From Podarcis cretensis (Eukaryota): DNA of 64,000 nucleotides. This document shows, piece by piece, positions 1 to 12,199 of the stretch. The position numbers and the translations under genes were made by a program. A model generated the notes under the pieces. The model saw nothing but the letters and a program-made list of their open reading frames with translations. It was not told the DNA's origin and did no database searches. Every line of letters starts with the position of its first letter. Position 1 is the stretch's first letter. The stretch is taken from contig OX638158.1 of assembly GCA_951804945.1 (NCBI GenBank), positions 37,324,001 through 37,388,000 of the forward strand. Direction: 5' to 3'.

Positions 1-686
1 CCGTGTCTTTCAGCTTCTTCTAGTTTCCTTTTACTGAAGCTCTTTAAGTTTCTAGCTGCCCATTTTGTATTTGTAGCCATACACGGCTTCTCAGGATTTA
101 TGAGTATTGTATACAAGTGGCAAATGATACTCTGTCACTGCAGAATCTGGTGTCACTTTGATGCACTCTGGAAAAGAGAGGCCTAGCTCATTAACAGCAC
201 AATCCTATGTGTCTACTCAGGAGCAAATCTAATGTAATACAATTGGGCTTATCGTCAAGTTAACATGTATAGCATTACACGTATGTTCTTGGCCACTTCA
301 AAGTTACTTTAAAACAGCTTGTAAATGTCTTTGGAATCATCTTGCTTTTAAATTGAACTTCTGTAAATAATAAGAGTATTAACATGTGCCCTATTTTTAT
401 CTTTGCATCACCTCCTGCCACTCTTGACTTGCAAACGAAGAGAGGGGAGCTGTTCAGTTCTTCCCCTTCCTTTCAGAGAACCAAGACAAACACATAGTTT
501 CACTTAGGTACCCTTGTGCCAAATTATTCAGAAAAGTGTAAAAATGATCCAGTATTATAGTTCCTTACAAACTGCTTAACTTTCCTGGTGTACCCCACTC
601 ACGCTTCAAATTTTCCTCAAATTGTTGATAATGTCTTAAAGTCTTCATTTTACTTCTCTCTCTACCCCCGCCCCCCCATTCTAGTA

Positions 687-1655
687 CAGTGGTACTTCGG
701 TTCTCGAACAGCTTAGTTCACGAACAGATTGGAACCCGAACGCTGCAAAACCGGAAATAGGTGTTCTGGTTATCAAACTTTTTTCGGAAGCTGAACATGC
801 CCTGATTCGGCCTCCACTGCTGGGGGAAAAAGGCGTCCGCCATGGGAGGGCCTAGCAGGCTGCACCACAACCCCAAACAACCCCCATGAGGAACACTTAC
901 CTAAACAACAGCGAAGTCCAGTGATGAACTCCAAGTAAGAAAACAAAGCACCAGCCCTTTACTGGCCCCCACCCCACTCCCAGCTGGTAGCAAGGTGGGT
1001 GGCACCTTGCCAGGTAAGCCTACCCACCAGTGGCGTAGCGTGGGGGGTGCAGGGGGGGCCGGCCGCACCGGGCGCAACATCTGGGGGTTAGGGTTAGGGA
1101 TAGGGTTAGGGGGCGCAAATCCAGGGTTAGGGGGTGCAAATTACTTGCCTTGCCCCGGGTGCTGACAACCCACGCTACGCCACTGCTACCCACTCAATGG
1201 AAGGGGTGAGTGGAAAATTTTGGGACTCTGCCTTGTTCCTTTGTTTTTGGGAGTCTGTCTTTTGCCTTTGTCTCTGCCTTGCTCCTTCATTTTGGGGACT
1301 TTTGGGGGACTGCCTAGTGCCTTCGTTTTGGGGAATGTGGAACCCAGGTTGATTGTGTGACTGCAGAAATGGATAAAAGCCCCCCACCCAAACAATGACT
1401 ATCATCAGGTAAGAATTTTTTTTTTATCATCTACAATATTGTCTTATTTTATAGTACAGTATATTGATTATTGCCTTCATTTTATTGATGATTGGTCTCA
1501 TTAGAAAGTAAAATTCATGTTAAATTGTTGTTTTAGGGGTTTTTTAAAGTCTGGGACGGATTAATCCATTTTGCATTACTTTTTGTGGGAAAGTACACCT
1601 TGGTTTTGGAACGGACTTCCGGAATGGATTAAGTTTGAGAACCAAGGTACCACTG
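687..1655. mobile_element. Tc1/mariner (Tigger-like) non-autonomous element
   Basis: TIRs CAGTGGTACTTCGGTTCTC...GAGAACCAAGGTACCACTG with TA on both sides; contains a nested hAT MITE. Confidence 0.85.
1028..1185. mobile_element. hAT MITE with TTAGGG units (copy 1)
   Basis: TIR CAGTGGCGTAGCGTGGG; 8-bp TSD CTACCCAC. Confidence 0.9.
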
Positions 1656-1699
1656 TATGTAGTTAAATTATAGGTAATTAAAGCCGAGGTCTTGTCTAG

Positions 1700-1717
1700 C
1701 AGTGCCCTCTGCTGGTT
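1700..1717 (-). promoter_or_regulatory. Candidate CTCF site AACCAGCAGAGGGCACTG
   Basis: Close match to the CTCF core CCASYAGRKGGCRS in apparently unique sequence. Confidence 0.6.
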
Positions 1718-2658
1718 GAGACTGCAATGTGTAATGGTAACATCTATATTCAGGAGTGGTTACAGAATAGATTCATTTGTAAAACCAAAAAGAAAATGCC
1801 ACTATCATGACATTGATCTGCTCCCATTTTAATATTCCTTTCCTTTCCAAACACTTAACTGAAATAACATATTTTGTCTTTCGTAATTTTAGTGCTCTGG
1901 GTAACTTAATTCTTTTTTTCTTCCAGAAGGGTACAAAACCATTTCCTCTGGTTTAATGTTGCTATTTTAGTAGCTGCTTTCTGTACCTTTTCTCTTTTTA
2001 TATATTTTACTTACTGTGATTGATTAACCTTACTATTGATAGCATGGAACCATTTATCTTTCCTTTACTTTTCAGATCTGAGTCACCAACTCCCTCATGC
2101 CACTTTAATTGAAGTGATGAGGTACAGTTTAGTCTTAGTCTACCTTTCACATACTTGGGGAACTCAAGTTTTGCATGCATTTATGCACTTGGTTTTCTGC
2201 TTCCAAGATTAATACTTTCCGAGGACATGACTTTCCTCTCCAACCCACCCAAATACAGAGTTTGGAGCAAATGTTGCTTCAATTCTTCCCATCTCCATAG
2301 GCACCTGGGCAGCAGGTGGCATGCTGGTTTTAATCAGTGAGAGCTGACTCTTTGACAGTGCAGATTAATGGTATAAATTCTCTTACGTTTCCCACCCCCC
2401 AAATATTTGTAATGTTTCCAGCTGCCCTAGACAGATCCCACCGAAATAGATTGAGATATTTTTCTAGATCATGTCTTCAACACCTTTCTGTGAAGAGGCT
2501 CTCTGGGACATAATCTGTACCATCAGAGGAGTTGCTGTTCCCGTACTTTGAAGAAGATGGCTACAAGTGTAAGCAGAAATGGTAAAAGAGCACCTGAGAG
2601 CTTCATTTAATTTCCCCAATGTTAAGCTGAGTTGATGCTTTGGGGAAACTTAAGTCTA

Positions 2659-3008
2659 GGGACATGGGTGGCGCTGTGGGTTAAACCACAGAGCCTAGGG
2701 CCTGCCAATCAGAAGGTCGGCGGTTCGAATCCCCGCGACGGGGTGAGCTCCCGTTCCTCGGTCCCTGCTCCTGCCAACCTACCAGTTTGAAAGTATGTCA
2801 AAGTGCAAGTAGATAAATAGGTACTGCTCCAGTGGGAAGGTAAATGGTTGTTTCCATGCACTGCTCTGGTTCGCCACAAGCGGTTTAGTCATGCTGGCCA
2901 CATGACCCGGAAGCTGTACACCGGCTCTCTCGGCCAATAAAGCGAGATGAATGCTGCAACCCCAGAGTCGTCCGCGACTGGACCTAATGGTCAGGGGTCC
3001 CTTTACCT
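2659..3008 (+). mobile_element. Sauria (Squam1) SINE
   Basis: tRNA-like head with A/B boxes (GGTTCGAATCC), ACCTTT tail, TSD TTAAGTCT. Confidence 0.92.
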
Positions 3009-3137
3009 TTAAGTCTTGTAAGATGTTCCAAGCCAAATCATTCATGTTCTTATGCAACGTTCCAATTATGCAGGAAATCTGGGAATTCCGTGCCTACAAC
3101 ATATGAACAAATATCTTTCCCATTATTAGTCAAGACT

Positions 3138-3485
3138 GGGACGCGAGTGGCACTGTGGTGTAAACCACAGAGGCTTGGGGCTTGCTGATCGGAAGGTCGC
3201 CGGTTCGAATCCCCGCGACGGGGTGAGCTCCCGTTGTTCGGTCCCAGCTCCTGCCAACCTAGCAGTTCGAAAGCACATCAAAGTGCAAGTATATAAATAG
3301 GTACCGCTCCAGCGGGAAGGTAAATGGCGTTTCTGTGCGCTGCTCTGGTTTCACCAGAAGTGGCTTAGTCATGCTGGCCACATGGCCCGGAAAAACTGTC
3401 TGCGGACAAACATCAGCTCCCTCAGCCTGTAAAGCGAGATGAGCGCCACAACCCCAGAGTCATTTGCGACTGGACTTAACTGTCC
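3138..3485 (+). mobile_element. Sauria SINE, 3' tail missing
   Basis: Same consensus; AGTCAAG flanking repeat. Confidence 0.9.
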
Positions 3486-4406
3486 AGTCAAGTACTGCTG
3501 AGATTAGATAATTAAGAATTGATACTTGAAATTGCTTTCTCCCCTCAATCCCTTTTTCATTGTGTATTCTATTACACAATGAGCAAGAACAATCTTCTGC
3601 TTTACTCTCTACACTACTTAGTAAATGATAGTTTTTTGACTAATAAAATATTTAAATCAGTAAGCAAAGAGCTGAAGTTCCACACTGGTTTTTTTATAAC
3701 TAGTTATTTTTGTAAGCCAAACTGGGAGTCCAAAGACTTAAGAGATAAAACTGTTTCAAGGGTTGTCTCTTACTGCTGTGCTAGTGAAGTTCTGCTCGCA
3801 AAACAGGACCTCTGTTTCCTTCCCAGCCCCCCCCCTGCTCCTTCAGAGCTGATTTCTGTGCATGTGGGGGGCTGGAAGAGAGGAAATTCTGTTGCGTGAG
3901 CAGAGCTACAGCATTGGATGTAGGCCAAATTCTTCAATCCACATTGGGGAAACTGCTAATCAATAACATTCAGTAAATTATTTCTGGAACACAGCTTTAC
4001 TAGAGCTGGTTAATTCCAGTAGTAGGCATAGCATGAATGTTCCACACAGGCATTACTTGCCATCATGACTGGCGCTGGAGGCTTAATGTTTCTTCACGTA
4101 AGTCTTCGTGGTCATCATGTTTCACTTATTTAGTGTCAGTCTCCTAGAAGTCTGAGGCATCCAGTTCTGTTGGCTATGCATTTCCTTCTTGATCTCTGGG
4201 CTCCCTCTGCTCATCACAAAGTTGCCTTGGATTTCAACCCCCTGTTTAACACTCATTTCAGCTGCAGCATTGGCCTTGTTTTCCAAGGTCTGCCCTAGTA
4301 GGAACAGCGAGCTGTTAGTTCAGTCCTTGTGCTCTGAAATTATGCACAGCAAACCAGCACACAGGAACGGGCGAAGGCACAAAGCAAGTTTGAGTTATAA
4401 AAGTAC

Positions 4407-4412
4407 TTTAAT
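4407..4412 (-). terminator. Candidate MRPL42 polyadenylation signal ATTAAA
   Basis: ATTAAA on the minus strand about 95 nt after the stop codon. Confidence 0.45.
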
Positions 4413-4506
4413 GACAACCTAACATATATATACACTTTCAAAGCAATCTCATCCACTTAAGTAGTCGCTTGCCCCGACAGCAACGACAAGGTGACAAACA
4501 TGGTGT

Positions 4507-4552
4507 TCATCTGTCTTTAGGGGTATTGGTTTTCTTGCGTCTAGTGTGGTAC
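4507..4552 (-). CDS. MRPL42: MRPL42 last coding exon (QYHTRRKKTNTPKDR*)
   Basis: Polypyrimidine tract + caag acceptor, TGA at 4509-4507. Total CDS 444 nt = 147 aa. Confidence 0.95.
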
Positions 4553-5131
4553 CTTGAAGGAAAAAAAAGAGAAGAAACACATTAAAATGTATTTTGTCAT
4601 ACGTTCAGTCATTTGAATACTCCGTTTTTAGAGACCAGTGATTGTCATGTTGACATTGTGTTTTGACATTACATTTATTATACCTTGTATATTTGTCTGC
4701 CCAATACAAAATAAAAATAAAAATCAAGTCTTCTGTAGTGCAAAAATACCCTGTACTTTTTTGGTTCGTGGGCAAATCCAACTTCCAGCAGCACACAAAG
4801 GATGAAAGTTCCCTAGGAGTCCTATATCTGATCCTATACTCAGCACAGCATCAGATTGTGTCTCTCTTGCTAACTGTTCTAAAAAAAAGCTTGATCAAGA
4901 CTTCTGCTTCTATGCTAAACTACATCCACAGTGGCTGAACTGTAGGACTATATGGCCAGAGACTGCGACACACAATTCTAGGTGATGTGTGTAGCACAGG
5001 AAAATAGGAAATCTGTTTACTACCTGGTCCATCCAGCTCAGTAACATCCACAATTACTGGCGGCAGCTCTCCAAGGTTTCAGATGAGTCTATTTGGTGTC
5101 CTCGAATTAAGGACAACTATTCAAGGCCCCA

Positions 5132-5483
5132 GGGATGCGGGTGGCGCTGTGGGTTAAACCACAGAGCCTAGGACTTGCCAATCAGAAGGTTGGTGGTTCG
5201 AATCCCCGCGACAGGGTGAGCTCCCGTTGCTCGGTCCCTGCTCCTGCCAACCTAGCAGTTCGAAAGCACGTCAAAGTGCAAGTAGATAAATAGGTACCGC
5301 TCCAGTGGGAAGGTAAACAGCGTTTCCGTGCGCTGCTCTGCTTCGCCAGAAATGGCTTAGTCATGCTGGCCACATGACCCAGAAGCTGTACGTCAGCTCC
5401 CTCGGCCAATAAAGCAAGATGAGCGCCGCAACCCCAGAGTCAGTCACGACTGGACCTAATGGTCAGGGGTCCCTTTACCTTTT
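5132..5483 (+). mobile_element. Sauria SINE in the last MRPL42 intron
   Basis: 14-bp TSD TATTCAAGGCCCCA. Confidence 0.93.
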
Positions 5484-6616
5484 TATTCAAGGCCCCATTA
5501 CCCTGAGACCCTGAATAGTTGTGGAAAAAACTATTGGGGCCTTTTGTCAAAATAAGGTTCCAGCAGATGCCCTCGATTTACTTAGAGGGGGGGATACTTT
5601 GGAATACCCCATATGGAACGGAAACACATTTATGGATGTAATCAGGCCAAGGATATCTAATGATTTGCTCCTTTTATACAAAGTCCAATGGAAATGTTTT
5701 ATTGTCTACTCTTAACCGGTTCCCAGGCTGATCCGCTCCAGGAAGTGACAGTTGAACTCATAGCTAATATCTACAATATACTCATCTGGTAGCCAAATTT
5801 GCTCTGGCAGCTAAGAAGCTCTGCTCCAGCTATGTTAATGCTTGTAATCTTATATTTTATGTGGTAAACTTTTATGCTGTAGACTTTTATAGACATGTTA
5901 TCTTAGAGGAAAGCCTTGTTTTCACCATCTACTGTTCATTGTGATACTTTGAATGGGAATGAAGTTTTCTATATCTTTGAATAAGTATAAATAAAGGTAT
6001 GTTAAAAAATACAAAATAAAGGAATTCCTGCATTTTTTAAAAAAAGCAAGTTTGTTTTCTTGTTGGTAGGGCTATAGATGACTGCCAAACATAAAACTGG
6101 ATCAGTATTCATGCCTGCATGAATTACATTGTTTATACAAAAAATAAAATATAAATCTTACTGGTAGGAACAGATGAGTTAAATTATTATCAATAATTCT
6201 CAACATAACAAACTATTCCAGAAATTCAAGCGCCATATTTCCTAGCCCACTTAGGTATTGGATAAGCACAAGTCTTCTCATATGTATCTTGATATATATT
6301 TCTCTCTAAGGTACTTTATTATCAGTATAGCCATTTAGGTAGGAGCTAAAATCAGAGCAGATGAAAATTCTGGTATCTTACCCAAAATAGCTTTGCCCCA
6401 ACTATTCTGGAGGGTTGAGGGAACCTCTGAAAACATGGAAGAATGAACTGGAGGCTGCTGGGGGAGGAGGGAATCAACAAATGTTGCCTTCCTCCCCTCT
6501 GCTAGCAGGAAAACCCTTCTGTGGATGAAGGGGCCTTTCCATATGTGGAAGGCAAAGTCTGGATCCAACCCAATCCAGGTTCTGCAGTACTCGTCACCCT
6601 CCCACACAATACTTAC

Positions 6617-6780
6617 TGTCCCACAGGGTACCAGCGGTGCTTTGTTGTGTAAAACATTTTACTAAGTTCCTCAATCATAGGACCTTGCTGGTTCTTGAAG
6701 TCCTTTCCATCCAATCTAGATTTCAGGATTTGATCATGTGTTTCTTCTCTATAATCCAGTGGATCTAGTTGTGGAATGGG
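6617..6780 (-). CDS. MRPL42: MRPL42 coding exon 4 ([23 protein letters not shown]...[22 protein letters not shown])
   Basis: ttttgacag acceptor, gtaagt donor, 164 nt, open frame, TTKHRWYP motif. Confidence 0.97.
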
Positions 6781-7603
6781 CTGTCAAAAGAAAACTGCCC
6801 CAATTAACAAACTAAAAAAAAAATACACCCCCCCCCAAAGAAAAGCCATAAACATATATATTTATTGCCTTACAGTTATGAAATGTGCAGGTATTGCTAG
6901 TTTTAGGCTGAATGTAATTTGCCATTTTGCTGTATACATCTTTTAAAACCCCACCCCATCCAAAGATTACAGCATGCTGAATCCTGCCCATTATGCTGCA
7001 GAACAAAAGCGAATACTCTTCACTCCAAACAAATTTATCAGTCCTATTTTTCTCTAGCTTATTTGCCTGCCACTGTTCTGAACCTTATATGGGAATAACC
7101 TCCCCCTCTTTTGATCCAAGCAACTTCTGCTGGAACTAAACTACTTGCAAGAGCTCATTCTCACTACTACTTGTGCATTTCTGGCTTCTAATTATCCATG
7201 AAATGTAGACTGCAGCCTCTTTTCTGCTGGCTCTGGGAGAACAGCTACTGAAATAGTGCTCTGCTTAATGGAACAGAATTTAAAGATGAACATAATCTAG
7301 ATATCTGGATTACTTTGGGAAATAACAGCAAGGTGAAATTATGCATGCAGTCTTGAAAAGGGCTGAAGACTAGGGTGTTCCGCTGAACTTGTATATATTG
7401 CCACAGATCTGAACTTCTTGGTGATCAAGCTGAAAATTTAAGCTGTGTTAAGTGTGCCAAGCTTAAGTTTTGAGCACAAGCCTATTTTTAAATCACGTTC
7501 ATGGTAAAGGATAACCACCAAGAAGAAAACTGGAAGGGTACCCAAAGATGAGCTATGTTCGCCTGATAAAGTCAGGAAGATATTTTTTTGCAGATTCACA
7601 TAC

Positions 7604-7688
7604 TCTTGTGTGCTCATATGGAATGTCCACTGAAGGGTGATAGCAAACAATAGTTTTTCCATCCGATGTCACAGCAAGTTCCACTTTG
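7604..7688 (-). CDS. MRPL42: MRPL42 coding exon 3 ([28 protein letters not shown])
   Basis: AG/GT boundaries, 85 nt; highly conserved [15 protein letters not shown] motif. Confidence 0.97.
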
Positions 7689-8654
7689 CTAAAAAAGAAA
7701 GAGATGACATTGGACAAGGCTTTTTCCTTCTTGATTTAACTAAAAGGTTTGCATAATTAAATGAAATAATAATTTTAAAAATCCAGAATAGAGGCTAGAC
7801 CTCAAGAAAATATTTTTATACAATATTTAAATTGATCTAAATTTATTTATATGATTTAAAGTTGTTCTAATAGACCAAAAATGCTGTTTAGCTGTCCAGT
7901 AAGGCAGAGCACTTGTTTTCCTGTAGTATAGTCCTTTGAAGTATGTAACCTTTGGCATGCACTTTGGCATCAGTCTTTCCACAGTGAGTAAGCACTGTTT
8001 GGGTTTCCTCCCCAGTTCTTTGCAACCAGAATATGCACTAACGGTACGTGTTGTCCAAACAATCCTAATGAAATGTCTGACTTCAATATCAGTTTTTCTC
8101 TCACAGCAGCATTTTTATGGAGCTACTGACCACACTCATAAACATCCAAATTAGTGAGTTTATTAGACAAAGAGCATAGAGACTTTCATTTATATTCAAA
8201 AAAATCTGTGGGCAAGGTAGAACAATACTAAATACCTAAACTAGGGCTGTTGAAGCCAAGTTCCTTGACAGCAAGCCCAACTAAGCAGATATCCTAATGA
8301 GATGTTCAGCCTGATGCAAGACAAAAGTGATTACTATGAAAGCAGTGTATAGGAAGCTGCCTTATACCAATATACCTTATATCTCAATCTTCTAGAATCT
8401 GGCCAGCAGCATCTCTCCAGAGTCTAATACATTTTCAGCAAGTCTTCATAGCTCTACAAAAGCCCAACTCCACTAAAATATGGTGTTTTCTTTTAATGAG
8501 AAATGAAAAGAGATTCTAAAATTCATAAATTATTCTAGCAGTAAGAGTGGACTGGCAATTGTGCTACTTCTAATATAGCAACTGACATCCTGGTGTCTTT
8601 TCACACACTTGTGAAATGAACTTTTGAGTTAAATCTGAATGGCTTAATACATAC

Positions 8655-8718
8655 CAGTTATAGTCATCGGGAAGAGCTGAATATGTAGATTTGGGACAAG
8701 CACAAAATACAGATGCAT
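8655..8718 (-). CDS. MRPL42: MRPL42 coding exon 2 (NASVFCACPKSTYSALPDDYNC)
   Basis: ttttcag acceptor, gtatgt donor, 64 nt; matches the KSTYSxLPDDYNC motif of MRPL42. Confidence 0.95.
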
Positions 8719-8871
8719 CTGAAAATATAAGAGCCAAGTAAAACACCGGAAACAGAAAACAGCACAATGCGGGTTTCCTTTGAACACTGCTGAGCATAAA
8801 GTGGTCATTGTAACAACTCACAGTACTAAACTAGGGATTGGAACATAAATCAATGTGAAGACATGTTAAGT

Positions 8872-9007
8872 CAGGCATCCCCAAACTCAGCCCTCTAGAT
8901 GTTTTGGGACTACAATTCCCATCATCCTTGACCACTGGTTCTCTTAGCTAGGGATGATGGGAGTTGTAGTCCCCAAACATCTGGAGGGCTGAGTTTGGGG
9001 ATGTCTG
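8872..9007. mobile_element. Palindromic hAT MITE (136 bp)
   Basis: TIR CAGGCATCCCCAAACTCAGCCCT; 8-bp TSD TGTTAAGT. Confidence 0.92.
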
Positions 9008-9438
9008 TGTTAAGTTATCTCACTTTTCAAAGCCACTCCCCAAGCAATGTCCCTCACTGGCACTGCACAGTATTTACAGGTGTCAAGACTGCTTTGAAAA
9101 AAAGCAGTATGACACCACATAACCCTATAGATAGATAGAGGCATATGGTATAACAGAAGAGCTACACAGCTCTGTCCTACCTTTCTTGATTGATAGCCAA
9201 GTATTCTTCCCTCCCCCTGCCCCTCCTGCAGACTGTTCAATGCAAGGGAGACCCTTCCCCAGCTTCAGGTGCCACATGGCAGAGTTGCCACTCAATACGT
9301 CTGTTAAAAAATGGTGGGGAGTGAGAGGAGAAAAGATGGAACCCACCCAAATTAGGTAAGGCTGGGCAAACACATACACCCTTTGGGAAGCTGGGTGTGT
9401 ACGCCATTCTGCAGCAGCACACGGTCCAAACTCTATGA

Positions 9439-9570
9439 CAGTATTCCCTAACCTGGTGCCCTCCTGATGCTGCTGAACTACGACTCCCATCAGCACCAGC
9501 AGTGTACAGCTTGCACTGATGGGAGTTGCAATCTACCAGCAGCTGGAGGGCACCAGGTTGGTGAAGGCAG
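9439..9570. mobile_element. Older palindromic hAT MITE
   Basis: Inverted arms AACCTGGTGCCCTCC / GGAGGGCACCAGGTT; TSD CTCTATG(A/C). Confidence 0.75.
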
Positions 9571-10025
9571 CTCTATGCCAAATACTCTGGGAGAGATGGG
9601 CAGGAATAAAGGGGAGGGTTCTACTTTTCCATCCATGTAAGGCTACTATGCCATTGCAGGTTTTCCCGGTTATTGCTCCTCCCCTCCAACAGAGTGATTG
9701 GGCATATAGTCTTCCTTTTTGCATGTCTGTCAGCCAGCAGCGCATTTCTCCAGGCTCCCTGTACACAGACTTGGGCAACAAGGCTTGAATGGGAAAAGAA
9801 AGAAGCTTCTCTTCTTGTACTACCGGAGTGCTGCTGAACTGCCTTTGCTGCAGCAGAGCTGGCTCAGTCATGCTCCTCTTGAGTGGAGACACAAACTCTT
9901 TTCCCATCTAGAACCACAAGCTGCTTAGCTCCATGGTGATGGCAGCAGCAGCAGCAGCCACCTTCTGTGTGTGCAAAGCAAGATCCCACACCATTAGAGT
10001 TAAAAGAGAATCCATGCACACTTAC

Positions 10026-10110
10026 TAGGAGACAGAACTTGCTTGGTGAAAGCGGCCAAACGCGCCCATGCAGTCCTCGACAACACAGCCCTCCGTGATG
10101 CCATGGCCAT
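10026..10110 (-). CDS. MRPL42: MRPL42 first coding exon (MAMASRRAVLSRTAWARLAAFTKQVLSP, mitochondrial presequence-like)
   Basis: ATG at 10110 and GTAAG donor after 10026 (phase 1, joins the next exon in frame). Upstream acceptor ttcccaaacag puts the exon start near 10178. Peptide is Arg-rich with no acidic residues. Confidence 0.8.
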
Positions 10111-12199
10111 GCTAGCAGACAAAACAGCTGTCACGTCACAGTGATGTTTAAAGAAAATCTGCGCAGTTCAGTCCGTCACTGTTTGGGAATCAGTGGTTTG
10201 TCAGGAGATTAGTCAAAACGTATTAGATCCACAATTTGCAAGTCACGTTGTACACATTTCAATAGCTCTTCCAGACTTTCACTGTTTAATTTTTCACTAT
10301 GCAAAGTCTTCTCCATCTTTGCCTTGCTATTTCCCTGTGACAGGTGTGGGGAACCTCAGGCCCAGGAGAACAATGTGGCTTGGCAGGACTCTCTTCCTGG
10401 CCCTTGGGACTCTCCCCCAGCGATGACTATTGCTGGCTTTGCTCCCCGCCACCCCCCTCCCGTGCTTTTGGTTGGCTAAAACGCATCCTTGACTGTGTGT
10501 ATGGAGAGGTGTGTTCAGACCCCTCTCTGAAATTCTGGAATGCCACTGCCACTCTAGTCCACACTGAGCTAGATGGATCAATGAACCTAACTCAGTAGAA
10601 GGCAGTTTCCTCTGTGTCTGTGGTGTATGCAGAAAACTCTGATGTATGGCTGGAATGCTGTCAATTGTTACAAAGGTAAGAGTCACCTTAATTTCTCTGC
10701 TTCACCCATTTTGTGTCCTAGAGTCCACCAACCAGTTTCATGAGACAACCAATGGGTTGCTTGAAAAAAACGCTTCCCACCCCTTCTCTAAAATTTCATT
10801 ATACCAATTGTACAGACTCTGGAGGCAGTGGTGTAGTAGTCAACCAAGTGCAACTCAGAGCAGACCCACTGGAATTAATGAACATAAATCACGAATACCA
10901 CCCAGGAAGTTTATCTCAGCTTTGAGCCCCACAAGACAATGCAAGTGCTCCATGGCTCAGTCATAGCATTACCAAACAATGTTACCACGAACTGCCTGAG
11001 CCATGTGAGAACAGTTCTTTCCTCATATAATTTATTTTTAAATACTTTTTATCCTGCTTTTCTGCAAGTCTGTACATCTCTTCAGAAGTTAATCTCACTG
11101 ATTTCAATGAAGCTTATTCCTAGGTACTGTAAGTAGGTACAGGACTACAGCCTTAAAACAATTAAAAATACAACATAAAAACAGCAAAAAGCAGTACAAT
11201 AATCAAAGGGTTCCAGATACCTCCTTCTACAAATAAACCGGATCTAGCTTGGAACCAAAAGGAGAGAACAGGATGGTGCACACACACACACAAAACAAAA
11301 CAAAACAAAACAAAAACACCTAGCTTGCAGGACTGTTTAGAGCTGGCCTGCCACCACACTCTTGAACAACTTGGCCCCAATTAGCAGCTGGTTGACAGAA
11401 TGCTGTTCACTCAGGTTCAGCAAGATATTTTTCAGAAGTGATGTTTCTCCTTCCCAGACCCTTCTTCAGCAGCAAGATGGTATCAGCTAAGATGGACAGG
11501 TCTGGCTCAGGTGGCAGATTCCACTCCCATCTGCTGCTTGCAGGGCTGTCTGTGGCTGCTGCCACCGCCACCACTGCAACCCCCTACTATCAGGAGCTTC
11601 CCACCAGATATGGAGCAGCAGCACCACTTTTAAACACTGTTTAAATAGCATTTGCAGCTGTAAGGAAGGAGCTAGCAATGATGCAACAGGTTTCTATGTA
11701 GTGTGGGCCCAAGCCTCCCTCTGAAGGGGTCCTTTATTCAGAGAGAGGCAGGAAGTGGTCTTGGAGAGGGCTTCTACTACCACGGGGTCCCAAGAGCAAC
11801 CAACTCTGTTTCATGCTTATGAACCTTCAAAAGAGACTTTAAACAAAGAGCCACTAAACTTTTGTTGCAGCGAGTAACCTTCATGTGCCAAGGCTGTCAA
11901 AACCACATATAGGGAATGCGGGAAACGTTCTTTACACTCAATTGCGCTAGTTACACCCCTAGCGGCAAGCAAGAACAGTATGTATCCTATGCCTGCCTTG
12001 ATTCGCCTCAGGCTCGCTTCTGTACACGCGTGTGTGCACTTTCAGATGCAGATCCTGGGTCTCTCCAGAGCGGCAACTAACCATCCAAACCAGCCAATAA
12101 GTATTTGCCGCACTGCAGAAACGAACCCGGATGATTCGGCCGGTTGTCAGAACGCTAATGTCCAACACTAGAACTTCTCGGATCTATTTTAAGGCAGGT

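Noticed and set aside
1-167. Possible minus-strand exon (acceptor at 168-170; ATG at 80, MATNTKWAARNLK... running off the edge)
   Set aside because: All three frames from the acceptor contain stops, and the short ATG frame has no recognisable homology.
1083-1134. True telomere or chromosome fusion scar
   Set aside because: Only a few units, enclosed by transposon TIRs and a TSD, with no head-to-head arrays.
2076-2121. Possible plus-strand micro-exon (tttcag...gag/gtacag) of a non-coding RNA
   Set aside because: Splice-like motifs alone are common by chance; no transcript evidence is available.
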